25,939 bases of DNA. Source: a virus. Its lineage: Duplodnaviria > Caudoviricetes. This document shows, one piece after another, positions 17,301 to 25,546 of the stretch. The notes under the pieces were generated by a model that had not been told where the DNA came from, did no database searches, and saw nothing but the letters and a program-made list of their open reading frames with translations. Each line of letters begins with the position of its first letter. Within the stretch, counting starts at the first letter, position 1. The translations under genes and the position numbers were made by a program. The DNA is taken from IMG/VR virus record IMGVR_UViG_3300044475_000311, positions 1 to 25,939 of that record, one strand, 5' to 3'.

Positions 17301-17362
17301 CATCTCAAGTCGATATGAATGCATTTATGAGTGAGTTAGAGCGACTCAAAAAAGGTATGTAA
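14345..17362 (+). CDS. Tail tape measure protein
   Basis: 1005 aa, Ala-rich and helical; N-terminal ADSYTNL..RI and QFIQAMQGGVLRGEEFNSIMEN tape-measure motifs. Confidence 0.95.
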   Translation: MAGSLDFNLNLLANTTGFNQGMNGAKFAVNALVGAMAALGVGLGINELVQAADSYTNLSTRINIATREGGNFNEAMAGVHQVALMTNSSLEATGSLFTRINTIGKDMGMSQQQALDLTKTVTQAIQIGGGSAQASEAAVQQFIQAMQGGVLRGEEFNSIMENGYGLAEALAKGLGVTTGELRKMAENGELSSERVIKAIQSQSASIQETYNQFPTTISNALQKIATSWQILIGEMDQANGASATVAQWLSTLADNLDVVEVLLNDLGTGFVWFGDQLKKIDPATIEALKTALLSAYDAIKSLGSMLADAFERGVDVINTMLGQIFNFSSGIDSVTDKTNGLTKALQAVNVVFGFLSDGFNGLNIGINLIVGAAYDAAAAFSYWKSKITFGETSAQALKDFEVMSVKAQEYYKKSADGAMEFKSAGIEAIRQIGLTQEQKNDESVANNQKTLNDLKAQEEKHKSDYKAISDERLRLEQQLFDARKSGNQASIDLATKGLAELDAKEKAYQAESQKITDAKIESAQAIATAMIQSADAAGMAQLKVLNAQLATQGLKAEFDSTGKVIVSAMTISVESVASLEGKLAAGRKAANALGLDLDNILNRVSDGFSSKQTSLDGFAKSLELMGVKGKEAGEATYLAWVKWLETAKNPAEVDAAKAKLLEFEKQGVFSTKQVELGVEAIRRVTQQLPDDLDPVEQAFERLGIKTKEQLKLAAQSALADFNTIQSSGKATADQLKQAYERTMQAAVASGDQVTISAAKAKAAQSGLNVEVDETGNVVVQTYDEMNRAVESHSQRVSGSAISAYREMGRAIREEAKSSIEAWNEMMDARSKAEKENKTQRVGADFTSYNIADIQSKLTSMGYDDAEAAKLAKNILNQGLEIDKNKARDARNTGGLYGDYNAKAFEKLIAQGQTSAFGTKKVEELLARYMSGQGSATAGTKSAAVNALAPEVNVAVPTATVEQPSAKTVTYNLSIGGKTVEVSGDESSQVDMNAFMSELERLKKGM

Positions 17363-17365
17363 CAC

Positions 17366-17785
17366 ATGAAGCTAATACGCAAATCAACAAACCAAACCGT
17401 CTCATTAGAAGACGGTTTTTTATGGTCGGATGAATTTGATTGGAAGCCGATTGAACAGACACAAGAGCGAGCTGTAGACGGCACCTTGATTATTCAGGAA
17501 GGTAAAAAGAAATCAGGGCGTCCGATTACTTTGCAACCAGCTACAGACGGCATGGGCTGGGTTAAACGATCAGTGTTATCTACTTTAAAAGACTGGTCAG
17601 CAGCACAAGGCGAAGAATTCACCCTGAAGTTTGAATATGCAAGCGATCAACGCGAGTTCAACGTCATTTTTAACCATGCTGAAAATGCCATTGAAGCTAA
17701 ACCGGTTAAGGGCATTCCCGCTGCTTCAGAAAACGAATTTTACAGTGTCACGATGCGATTTACGGAGCTAAACCATGCCAATTGA
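17366..17785 (+). CDS. Distal tail (Dit-like) protein
   Basis: First gene after the tape measure; W.DEF.W, DGTLIIQ and GRPITL motifs. Confidence 0.65.
   Translation: MKLIRKSTNQTVSLEDGFLWSDEFDWKPIEQTQERAVDGTLIIQEGKKKSGRPITLQPATDGMGWVKRSVLSTLKDWSAAQGEEFTLKFEYASDQREFNVIFNHAENAIEAKPVKGIPAASENEFYSVTMRFTELNHAN
17394..17421 (+). terminator. Terminator-like hairpin inside a CDS (copy 2 of the 30-bp direct repeat)
   Basis: AAACCGTCT-cattaga-AGACGGTTT-TTT starting at codon 10 of 17366..17785. Confidence 0.6.
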
Positions 17786-19742
17786 AACTAATAATCTGGT
17801 CATTTATAAGTCGCAGCGTTTGACTGACACAGAAGATGGTGGAGGAAAATACTCTGGTCAGATTGTGGTGGATGGGGAGAGCAATAACCTATTCCCCGAT
17901 ATCTCCGAACTTGACCGTACCATGGGCGATGTATCGATGCGTAAGATCTTTCCTGGTCTGACCAATGAAGATACGGATCCACTGATGGGTGCTACAGCAT
18001 TCATTTCCGAAAACCCAGCAGATCCGAATGTATCGGCTTTGCTGTTCAGCACAGAATCGTGGACAGATGAACGAGTAGCTGCTCAAAACCGTGTAGAGAA
18101 TTATTTAGCCAAAGGTGCACAGGCGGTTGGATCGTTACTTGATGAAGCCTACATTGGCATGAAGTCAATTCAAGTGGTCATGGATAAGTCTGAAACTGAA
18201 AACAACATTGGTGACTCGATCGTACTGGTTGTGAATGAAGGTACAGCAAATGAAGTCACTCAGTTCTTAAGAATTACAGCACTTGAGACGCGAATTGGTT
18301 TGTTAAGGGTAGATGGAAAAACAATTCAATATAAAATTGTTCTGTATTCTTTTAATGACCCACTCAGCCGAGATTTCATCGGTGTGTCCGAAACACAGTG
18401 GTACAACAATACTAAGCCAGCAACCATCATTCGGGACACGATTGTGGCAGATAGTGGTCGTTACTATGCCAGTGTGGATCTGGTTGAAGATGTCAATGTG
18501 GGCAGTTTTACGGTTAATGCAGAAAGTATCTATGCTCAGCTCATCCCATCTTCCCAGGTTGAAACGCCGTTGCTGGACTTGAATGCAGTCAGTGAAAATA
18601 CCGCACTGGTTGCTGGGAGTGATGGAACGATTACGGTTCAATTCACAACAAACGTGAATACAGCACAAAGCCTCTTTCTTGGCTCAAGTGTAATGCCAGG
18701 TAGCATGTCGTTTAGCTTGTTTGGTCAAGCAATCACGGACAATGGCGGTACACTTCGCACGGCAGCAGGCACCCAAGTGGGAAGTATTGATTATCAAACA
18801 GGTCAGATTGTGTGGACCAATGCCATCGGCACAGGTAATCAGGTATTGAATATCACTTTCACACCTGCAGCAGCACCAAACCAGCCTTTTGAGTCCTATG
18901 CTTTACCCGTAACTCAGAATAACCAAGGGACCAATTGGACAGGGGTACTACTTCCGATTCCTGCACCTGGCGCACTTTCGATTTCATATATGGCGCAAGG
19001 TAAGTTTTATGTCTTAAAGGACAATGGGACAGGGCGTTTGGTAGGGGCAAACAGTGCGGTGGGGAGTGGCACGGTCAACTATCAAACAGGTTCATGGCTG
19101 TTAACCACAGGTGCTTTACCCGATGTCGGAACACCAATTCTGTTGCAATGGGGTTCACCAATTACCACTTTTGCTCGATCAAATCTTGCAGTATTACCTG
19201 CAGCAATTGAATTTGATTTAGGACGAGAAGGGGTAAAGTCTGGCAGTGTGATTGCGACTTGGTTACTCGATGGAGTGACTAAAACTGCAACCAGCAATGC
19301 GCAAGGTCAATTCACAGGGGATGCGATCGGAAGCATCAACTATGCTGCAGGGACAGGGAAACTCATACCCACTAAGCTCCCACAGAAAGGTACCGTGTTT
19401 AACTTTGTCTTTGATTATGGGGAGCCTGAGTCCCAAGTGGTTACTGATGTTGTTCCAGATGCAAATAACAAGCTGATTTTTACCATAGGCACAGGTGCAG
19501 CCATTCAGCCCAACAGTGTAGAACTCGATATTCCCTTAACCAATCAGCTTTTACAGACGGGCGGTTCTGTCTTGGTGACAGATGTGCCAGTGAGTGGAAC
19601 CTTGGGTAATCTGGTCGATCGACTGGGTAATGTCATGGGCACGATCAATTACACCACGGGTGCAGTAGAGATTACCCCTCATTCGACTTACACGCGCTAC
19701 TCGCAAAATTTCAAATCTCAATCTTACTATTTAGCGGGGTAA
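17775..19742 (+). CDS. Large tail tip/structural protein, part 1
   Basis: S.RLTD..DGGG...G.SNNLFPDISELDRT N-terminus; repeated G[ST][IV][DN]Y.TG beta motifs. Confidence 0.75.
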   Translation: MPIETNNLVIYKSQRLTDTEDGGGKYSGQIVVDGESNNLFPDISELDRTMGDVSMRKIFPGLTNEDTDPLMGATAFISENPADPNVSALLFSTESWTDERVAAQNRVENYLAKGAQAVGSLLDEAYIGMKSIQVVMDKSETENNIGDSIVLVVNEGTANEVTQFLRITALETRIGLLRVDGKTIQYKIVLYSFNDPLSRDFIGVSETQWYNNTKPATIIRDTIVADSGRYYASVDLVEDVNVGSFTVNAESIYAQLIPSSQVETPLLDLNAVSENTALVAGSDGTITVQFTTNVNTAQSLFLGSSVMPGSMSFSLFGQAITDNGGTLRTAAGTQVGSIDYQTGQIVWTNAIGTGNQVLNITFTPAAAPNQPFESYALPVTQNNQGTNWTGVLLPIPAPGALSISYMAQGKFYVLKDNGTGRLVGANSAVGSGTVNYQTGSWLLTTGALPDVGTPILLQWGSPITTFARSNLAVLPAAIEFDLGREGVKSGSVIATWLLDGVTKTATSNAQGQFTGDAIGSINYAAGTGKLIPTKLPQKGTVFNFVFDYGEPESQVVTDVVPDANNKLIFTIGTGAAIQPNSVELDIPLTNQLLQTGGSVLVTDVPVSGTLGNLVDRLGNVMGTINYTTGAVEITPHSTYTRYSQNFKSQSYYLAG

Positions 19743-19745
19743 AAG

Positions 19746-21362
19746 ATGGGCTTCTATTTACCACAGACTGACAAAGTTATTACAACGCAAGAAACCTATA
19801 AAGCCTATGGCACGACTGATATCACTGTGCGGTATCGAGATACAGCAAGTGCAACAGCAGGCTCTAAACAAGTGACAGCATCAAACCTTCGGTTTGATCT
19901 CACTAATGGTTTTGATGAGCAGATTCTTACTGGTTCAGTACGTTTTAAAGCGGGTGCAGACACCTTTATTGATCGCAGTGGTTTAATTTACCGCAACGTA
20001 GATCCGACCACAGGCAGTGCAACGCAGAGTGGATCTATTCAATATGGCACGGGCGTGGCTATTGTTGATAGTTGGACACCGGGGGCGGATAACACGCTCA
20101 CCCTGCAGTCATTAACGACCACAACCGATCTTTTACCGATACACCATGTCAGTTTTAGAACGCCAACGATTCCGATTCGCCCCGGCTCGTTGACCGTTGT
20201 TGTAGGTGCAATCAGCGGAGGGCAGTTAACCCTGACTGCGAATGAAGCTGGTCTGATTGAGACGACACAGGCTTACGGTTCGATTAACTATGAAACTGGT
20301 TTTGTAGATCTTTATTTCTATACCAAAACCAAGATTACCGAAGCCAATCGTGCTGAAATCGAAGCTGAAGAATGGTATCTGCCTGAATTGGAGTTTATCG
20401 AGGGTGTAGATAGCTATATCAATGTGCCGTTCTGGATCGCTGCGGATAGCGTGCGTTTCAATGCGGTGGCATATACCTATATCCCACTTGATGCCGATAT
20501 TTTGGGACTCTCTGCAACACGATTGCCGCCAGATGGACGAGTACCGATTTTCCGTGTTGGTGATCTCGGCATTATCAGCGCAACCAAGTTACAGGAACTG
20601 CCCAGCCATGTTGCAGGGCAAACTTTTAACTTGAACGATCAGCGTATTTCATGGTGTGAGTTGCAGGATTCCAATGGAACTAAGGTCCCCTTTGATTTGT
20701 ACACTGTGGATTATGATTATGGGCGTGTGACTCTGGGTGGTGATTTTACTTTAGGTACTTTGGTTGCTCCTGTCTCGGCAAAATATCGCTATCAGGATAT
20801 GGGCTTGATTAATGATGTGCAGATTAATGGCCAAGTAACATTTACCAAGCCTTTGACGCACAACTATCAAGCAGAGAATACAGTGGTCGGATCCGCTTTA
20901 GTCATCAATGATATGCAGTCGCGCTATACAGCTAAGTTTGTACAGTCTGTGTGGAATAACACATGGGCAGATACAGCCTCAGGTGCAAGTCTTTCTGCCA
21001 ATTACAATGATGCGCTTTATCCGATTGCAGTCACCAATAAAGGTGCGATTCAGGAACGCTGGGCGATTGTGTTTACAGACACCACAAACTTCAGAATTAT
21101 TGGTGAAGATGCAGGTCAAATTGGTACAGGGTCAATTAATGTAGATTGCTCTCCGATCAACCCAGTTACTGGTTCTCCTTATTTCACTATCAAGAAAGAA
21201 GGTTGGGGAACGGGGTGGGCATCAGGCAATGTGCTTCGCTTCAATACCAAAGCTGCCACATTCCCAGTCTGGTGCATTCGAACAGTGAAGCAATCCGAGC
21301 CGACAACAATCTCGGATCAGTTTCAGATCATGTTTCGAGGCGATATTAATCGCAATGTCTAA
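19746..21362 (+). CDS. Large tail tip/structural protein, part 2
   Basis: Same GSI.Y.TG motifs; RLPPDGRVPIFR, N.GAIQERW and GWG.GW..GNVLRFNT; same reading frame as part 1. Confidence 0.75.
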   Translation: MGFYLPQTDKVITTQETYKAYGTTDITVRYRDTASATAGSKQVTASNLRFDLTNGFDEQILTGSVRFKAGADTFIDRSGLIYRNVDPTTGSATQSGSIQYGTGVAIVDSWTPGADNTLTLQSLTTTTDLLPIHHVSFRTPTIPIRPGSLTVVVGAISGGQLTLTANEAGLIETTQAYGSINYETGFVDLYFYTKTKITEANRAEIEAEEWYLPELEFIEGVDSYINVPFWIAADSVRFNAVAYTYIPLDADILGLSATRLPPDGRVPIFRVGDLGIISATKLQELPSHVAGQTFNLNDQRISWCELQDSNGTKVPFDLYTVDYDYGRVTLGGDFTLGTLVAPVSAKYRYQDMGLINDVQINGQVTFTKPLTHNYQAENTVVGSALVINDMQSRYTAKFVQSVWNNTWADTASGASLSANYNDALYPIAVTNKGAIQERWAIVFTDTTNFRIIGEDAGQIGTGSINVDCSPINPVTGSPYFTIKKEGWGTGWASGNVLRFNTKAATFPVWCIRTVKQSEPTTISDQFQIMFRGDINRNV

Positions 21363-21380
21363 AGTGAATTAACAGAATAT

Positions 21381-21403
21381 GACCGCTTGAAGCGGTCTTT
21401 TTT
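21381..21403 (+). terminator. Intrinsic terminator
   Basis: GACCGCT-tga-AGCGGTC-TTTTTT. Confidence 0.8.
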
Positions 21404-21417
21404 ATGAGTAATCGAAA

Positions 21418-22659
21418 ATGGTCGCAAGTACAGATCTTAAGTTCTATGTGCATACCAATAACAATGCACCACAGTTAACCAATAATTTTGGCTGCATGAT
21501 TGATGTACTCGATGCATGTTTAGTCAATGGGTTTGGTGCTCAGTCGGTCAGCACATTAACTACCAGTGGAACGACAGTGACAGCAACATTTGGTGCAGCG
21601 CATAATTTTATGCAGTATCAAGTGATTAAAATAGCCGGAGCAAATCAGGCTGAGTTTAATGGCGAGCACCGGATTATTAGTGTTCCAAATGCGAATACCA
21701 TTACATTCCAACTCGCATCAGTGCCAAGTGTTAGCACAGCCACTGGCACTATGACATGTTCACTACCACCACTAGGTTGGTCAAAGCCGTTTAGTGCTGC
21801 TGGAAAAGCCGCGTATCGCTCTAACAATATATTGCTGTCGAGCAGACCATATTTACGCGTCATTGATGCGTTAGATCCTGCATATATATCAACTTATGCC
21901 AAATATGCAAAAGTGGGCATTGTTGAAGATATGACGGATATCGATACGATGCTTGGGGTTCAGGCTCCCTATGATAGTGCTGCGCCCAATAAGAACTGGG
22001 TGGGTACAGGGAGTGGCACTACAGTCATAAATGGATGGGCAAAATGGTATTACGCAGGCGCAACTGCTAATTTTTATAGTGATAGTCAGGCGGTACCAGC
22101 GGGTAATAGAAATTGGTTTTTGGTAGGGAATAGTGACTATTTTTATATATTGCCTGCCTCAATTGCTGCTACTACAGATGTAATAATTTATGGATTTGGT
22201 GCATTTAATTCACTTGTAAATGCTGATACATCAAACACTTTTCTATCTTGTACGCTTAATAATGTAGCTGCAAATAGTAGTTATTTTCACGCCCAACTTA
22301 CAGGACTTGCAGATAGTCAAGCTACAACTAAAATTTTATTACAACGAGGTTATTCTCAAGCTGCTCAATCAATTACAGCTAAAAACACTTCTTTAAATAC
22401 TGGTGAAGCTGCTATGTATTCGGGTTCATCTAACTATATTGGAGCCTTTAACTTAACCAATGTTGCCCCATTTGCTCCAGTCTTTATTAATGAAACAGTT
22501 TTACGAGGAGAAATGTTTGGATTGTATTGGTTATTTCAGAATAGACCATATTCCAACTACCAGCTTATTGAAAAAAATAGCGGGCTTTATATTGCAGTGA
22601 ATGTAGTTCAATCGTCCTCTACACTTGGGCAAGTTGTTTTAAAAATAGGGGATTTATGA
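21418..22659 (+). CDS. Tail fibre / receptor-binding protein candidate
   Basis: N-terminal NAPQL...LDACLVNGFG and PLGW.KPF...AYRS motifs seen in siphovirus tail proteins; AT-rich C-terminal half. Confidence 0.6.
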   Translation: MVASTDLKFYVHTNNNAPQLTNNFGCMIDVLDACLVNGFGAQSVSTLTTSGTTVTATFGAAHNFMQYQVIKIAGANQAEFNGEHRIISVPNANTITFQLASVPSVSTATGTMTCSLPPLGWSKPFSAAGKAAYRSNNILLSSRPYLRVIDALDPAYISTYAKYAKVGIVEDMTDIDTMLGVQAPYDSAAPNKNWVGTGSGTTVINGWAKWYYAGATANFYSDSQAVPAGNRNWFLVGNSDYFYILPASIAATTDVIIYGFGAFNSLVNADTSNTFLSCTLNNVAANSSYFHAQLTGLADSQATTKILLQRGYSQAAQSITAKNTSLNTGEAAMYSGSSNYIGAFNLTNVAPFAPVFINETVLRGEMFGLYWLFQNRPYSNYQLIEKNSGLYIAVNVVQSSSTLGQVVLKIGDL

Positions 22660-22949
22660 TGCTAATAAATCTTCAAGTTATACCAGCCATTAGTGCAAAC
22701 AATGATTTTTTGTATGCAACTGATAAAGGTTTATCTATCAAAGGACAGGTGAGAGAGACTGGTGCGCCTATTCCTTGTCGTCTGCGACTGTTTGAGAAAT
22801 TATCTGGTCGTATGGTTGCGGAAGTGGTCACTGATCAAAACGGTTTTTACGAGTTTGATCATCTGACGAAGACGAAGTTTTTCATCGTTGCTCATCATCC
22901 TACTTCTGAATTCAATGCAGTGATTCAAGACAATGTGGTGCCAAAATGA
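22656..22949 (+). CDS. Small tail protein, transthyretin/carboxypeptidase-regulatory-like beta sandwich
   Basis: IKGQV...G.P...RLF...SG......TDQNGFYEF..L and NAVIQDNVVP; ATGA overlap with the upstream gene. Confidence 0.65.
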   Translation: MMLINLQVIPAISANNDFLYATDKGLSIKGQVRETGAPIPCRLRLFEKLSGRMVAEVVTDQNGFYEFDHLTKTKFFIVAHHPTSEFNAVIQDNVVPK

Positions 22950-23347
22950 CAGTACAAATATCAAAAAAAGCAGGAATTTTAGCCCTGCAAGCACATGCCG
23001 ACTTTTTGGATACAGGTAGTGGTTCCGCATATTTCGTGTATTACAGTGACACCATACCTACCAGCACAGAAATCGCAGCAAATCCTGCAAATGCATTATG
23101 TACATTGTCATTACCTAAGCCTTGCATTAAGCAGGTGTTAGTTGATGGGATTGAGCTTCATTCAACCAGCACAGCTCTTGCAACAAAAGCAGGTGTTGCA
23201 GTTTGGGCCCGCTTATACAATGGAAATGATGAGCCTTATGCTGATTTCACAATTGGCACGTTAGACACAGATATTGTTTTGAATAGTGCTGATATTGCGC
23301 TGGGTTCAAGTCAGAAACTCGACAGTATCATTCTAAAACCCTACTGA
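22946..23347 (+). CDS. Hypothetical tail protein
   Basis: ATGA overlap; G.A.WARL...D motif; located in the tail tip cluster. Confidence 0.65.
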   Translation: MTVQISKKAGILALQAHADFLDTGSGSAYFVYYSDTIPTSTEIAANPANALCTLSLPKPCIKQVLVDGIELHSTSTALATKAGVAVWARLYNGNDEPYADFTIGTLDTDIVLNSADIALGSSQKLDSIILKPY

Positions 23348-23361
23348 TTTAGAGGTGGTCA

Positions 23362-25263
23362 ATGTCTTACACGCCACCAGACGCACATAATGTCATACTT
23401 GATTTTGAGCAACCACTTACACCAATCGATAGCCATAATGTCGTATTAAATTTTACTGATGTTGAGCCACAATTAGGTGTTTTACTTGCTACGATCAATA
23501 CCAATATTCAGGCTGAAATCAGTGGTGGAAATTGGGGGAATATCGATAATCGAGGCGCCTTGCTTGCTGTTATTGATACGTCTATTCAAGCCAGCATATC
23601 TGGCATCAATGATATTAATCATACACGTGGTATTGAAACTTACTGGGCTGCTGAATATCAGAGAGCCATTCCATGTTTGACTACACCTGAAATATCATGG
23701 TCAAAACCAACCATTAAGGCACATCACAGTGCCTTTTTTTATGACTCAGGGTTGACTATCAGTCATTCTGCTGAGAGTAACTTTCAGGCGGGGCTTGCAC
23801 TTAGAGTAGCAGTGCAAAAAGCTTTCGAGCAGGACACAGGGCTAAGCAGTTCAGGTTATTTGTATTGGCAAGATAATCAAAAGTTCTTCATCAATCAAAG
23901 CTTAGTTTTTGAAGAATCAAGCAAGTTAAGAATTCAACGCTTCACAGGATGGGATGAGCTCATTCGCAAGCGCAAGCAGCTGACTTTCAGGTATGAGGTC
24001 GCTGAAGTTTTTGAGCATCGATTGGTATTCGAGTGGGATAAGGGTTTAGAGCTTGTCACTGATGATTCTATTCCCTGGGAAAAGGCTAGCCCCACTTATT
24101 ACCGCAAACATGTAATTGAGCCTTGGCCAGAAGCTGAAATCCCTGAATACGTTGGTCATGCAGATCTGGTTTTTAATTGTCTCTGCACAGATGTGGACTC
24201 ACATAACGCCATTCTGAATTTTGGCGTAGACGACTGTATTCCTGCATTTGGAGCAAAACCATGGTGGTATATCGTGAATGAAATTAGCGTAACGCGCCTT
24301 GATAATGGGCAAAAGATTCATGTGTTAAATGGGAACTACCGCACCGATCGACAGAGTTGGTGCTGGTCCTATGCTTTAGCGATTCCTGCGTTTGAACTGT
24401 CAAAGCTAGATCCAGTCGCAGGGCAACCGGTCATCTTGAAAATTGTAGTGAATGGCTTCGAGCATTTGATGCTAATTGAAAACCGTATTCGATCACGGCA
24501 GTTTGCTCAAGAAACCTATACTTTAACTGGGCGTAGTCCACCGGCTTTGCTAGATTCACCATCTTCACCACCCCGGGCATTCCTTCAAGAGAATGAGCGT
24601 ACATCGGTGCAACTGGTTCAGGCTGAGATTGATCGATCGGCTTATCCGGATCTTGGTTTGAATTGGCAATTGATAGATGCATTAGGCTGGATTGTTCCAA
24701 CGGAGAGCTTCAGTTACTCAGGATTGACGCCGATCAAAGCCATTCAGGAAATTGCAGCTGTAGGTGGAGGTTTTGTCTATAGTGAAGCGAACAGACAGGC
24801 GATTTCGATCAAGCCGCTTTATAAGAAAACCTTTTGGGATTCGATGAATACGAATGACTATGACATTCTGTTGCCTGAGTCGATCATCACAGAACAGTCT
24901 ACGGATTATGACACCTACCCAGACTATAACAGCATCAGCCTAACCAATGATAAGACAGGCGCTACAGGGCTGGTGAAACGCACTGGTACCAGTGGTGATG
25001 TATTGCTAGAGACTGTTAACAATAATCTGTTCACCTCCGCATCGGTGATGGGGGCTTATGCTAAGTCTGCGTTGGCCAAAGCGGGAATGGTCGAGATGCA
25101 TACATTTACCATGCCTTTAACCCAAGAAATTGGTCAATGCAAACCTGCAGATGTCCTGGCATTTAATGCAGAGTGGTGGGGAGTTGTAGATTCAGTGAGT
25201 TGCTCATTCACCTATAGCAAAGTCACACAGACCGTTACCGTTGAGCGAGTTAATCATGAGTAA
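23362..25263 (+). CDS. Tail hub/tip protein (baseplate-hub-like C-terminal half)
   Basis: RBS GAGGTGG; DRQSWCWS, GRS..ALLD.P, TPIKAIQEIAAVGGGFV and WWGVVD motifs; 633 aa. Confidence 0.68.
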   Translation: MSYTPPDAHNVILDFEQPLTPIDSHNVVLNFTDVEPQLGVLLATINTNIQAEISGGNWGNIDNRGALLAVIDTSIQASISGINDINHTRGIETYWAAEYQRAIPCLTTPEISWSKPTIKAHHSAFFYDSGLTISHSAESNFQAGLALRVAVQKAFEQDTGLSSSGYLYWQDNQKFFINQSLVFEESSKLRIQRFTGWDELIRKRKQLTFRYEVAEVFEHRLVFEWDKGLELVTDDSIPWEKASPTYYRKHVIEPWPEAEIPEYVGHADLVFNCLCTDVDSHNAILNFGVDDCIPAFGAKPWWYIVNEISVTRLDNGQKIHVLNGNYRTDRQSWCWSYALAIPAFELSKLDPVAGQPVILKIVVNGFEHLMLIENRIRSRQFAQETYTLTGRSPPALLDSPSSPPRAFLQENERTSVQLVQAEIDRSAYPDLGLNWQLIDALGWIVPTESFSYSGLTPIKAIQEIAAVGGGFVYSEANRQAISIKPLYKKTFWDSMNTNDYDILLPESIITEQSTDYDTYPDYNSISLTNDKTGATGLVKRTGTSGDVLLETVNNNLFTSASVMGAYAKSALAKAGMVEMHTFTMPLTQEIGQCKPADVLAFNAEWWGVVDSVSCSFTYSKVTQTVTVERVNHE

Positions 25264-25486
25264 TGCATATAAACGTCTGCTGGATCTTATTCCAAGGGAA
25301 TCTGAATTTGTAGGTACGGTTCAGAATGCCGAGCATCCTAACTATAAGGTATTGGTCGTTGATGGATCAGGTCTGGTGGCATGTACAGCATCGACCGCTT
25401 TTGAAGTAGGTAATCGGGTGTTTGTACGTGGGCAATTAATTGTAAGGAGTGCACCGACAGGTGAAGTTATAAATATTGAAGTTTGA
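25256..25486 (+). CDS. Small tail tip protein (OB-fold-like)
   Basis: ATG 25256 overlaps the upstream stop; N.YKRLLDLIP...VGTV...G.RVFVR pattern. Confidence 0.65.
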   Translation: MSNAYKRLLDLIPRESEFVGTVQNAEHPNYKVLVVDGSGLVACTASTAFEVGNRVFVRGQLIVRSAPTGEVINIEV

Positions 25487-25502
25487 GTGAAAAGAAATGA
25501 GT

Positions 25503-25523
25503 GCCGCGTTAAGCGGTTTTTTT
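25503..25523 (+). terminator. Intrinsic terminator before the lysis genes
   Basis: GCCGC-gttaa-GCGGT plus T-run. Confidence 0.65.
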
Positions 25524-25546
25524 ATGTCAAAAATTTGGGGAAATAT

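Noticed and set aside
21418-22659. Diversity-generating retroelement or invertible tail-fibre system
   Set aside because: No reverse transcriptase, invertase, template repeat or inverted fibre copy seen in the window.
25487-25546. Longer GTG start for the holin
   Set aside because: It runs through a terminator hairpin; ATG 25547 has an RBS and gives a typical holin N-terminus.
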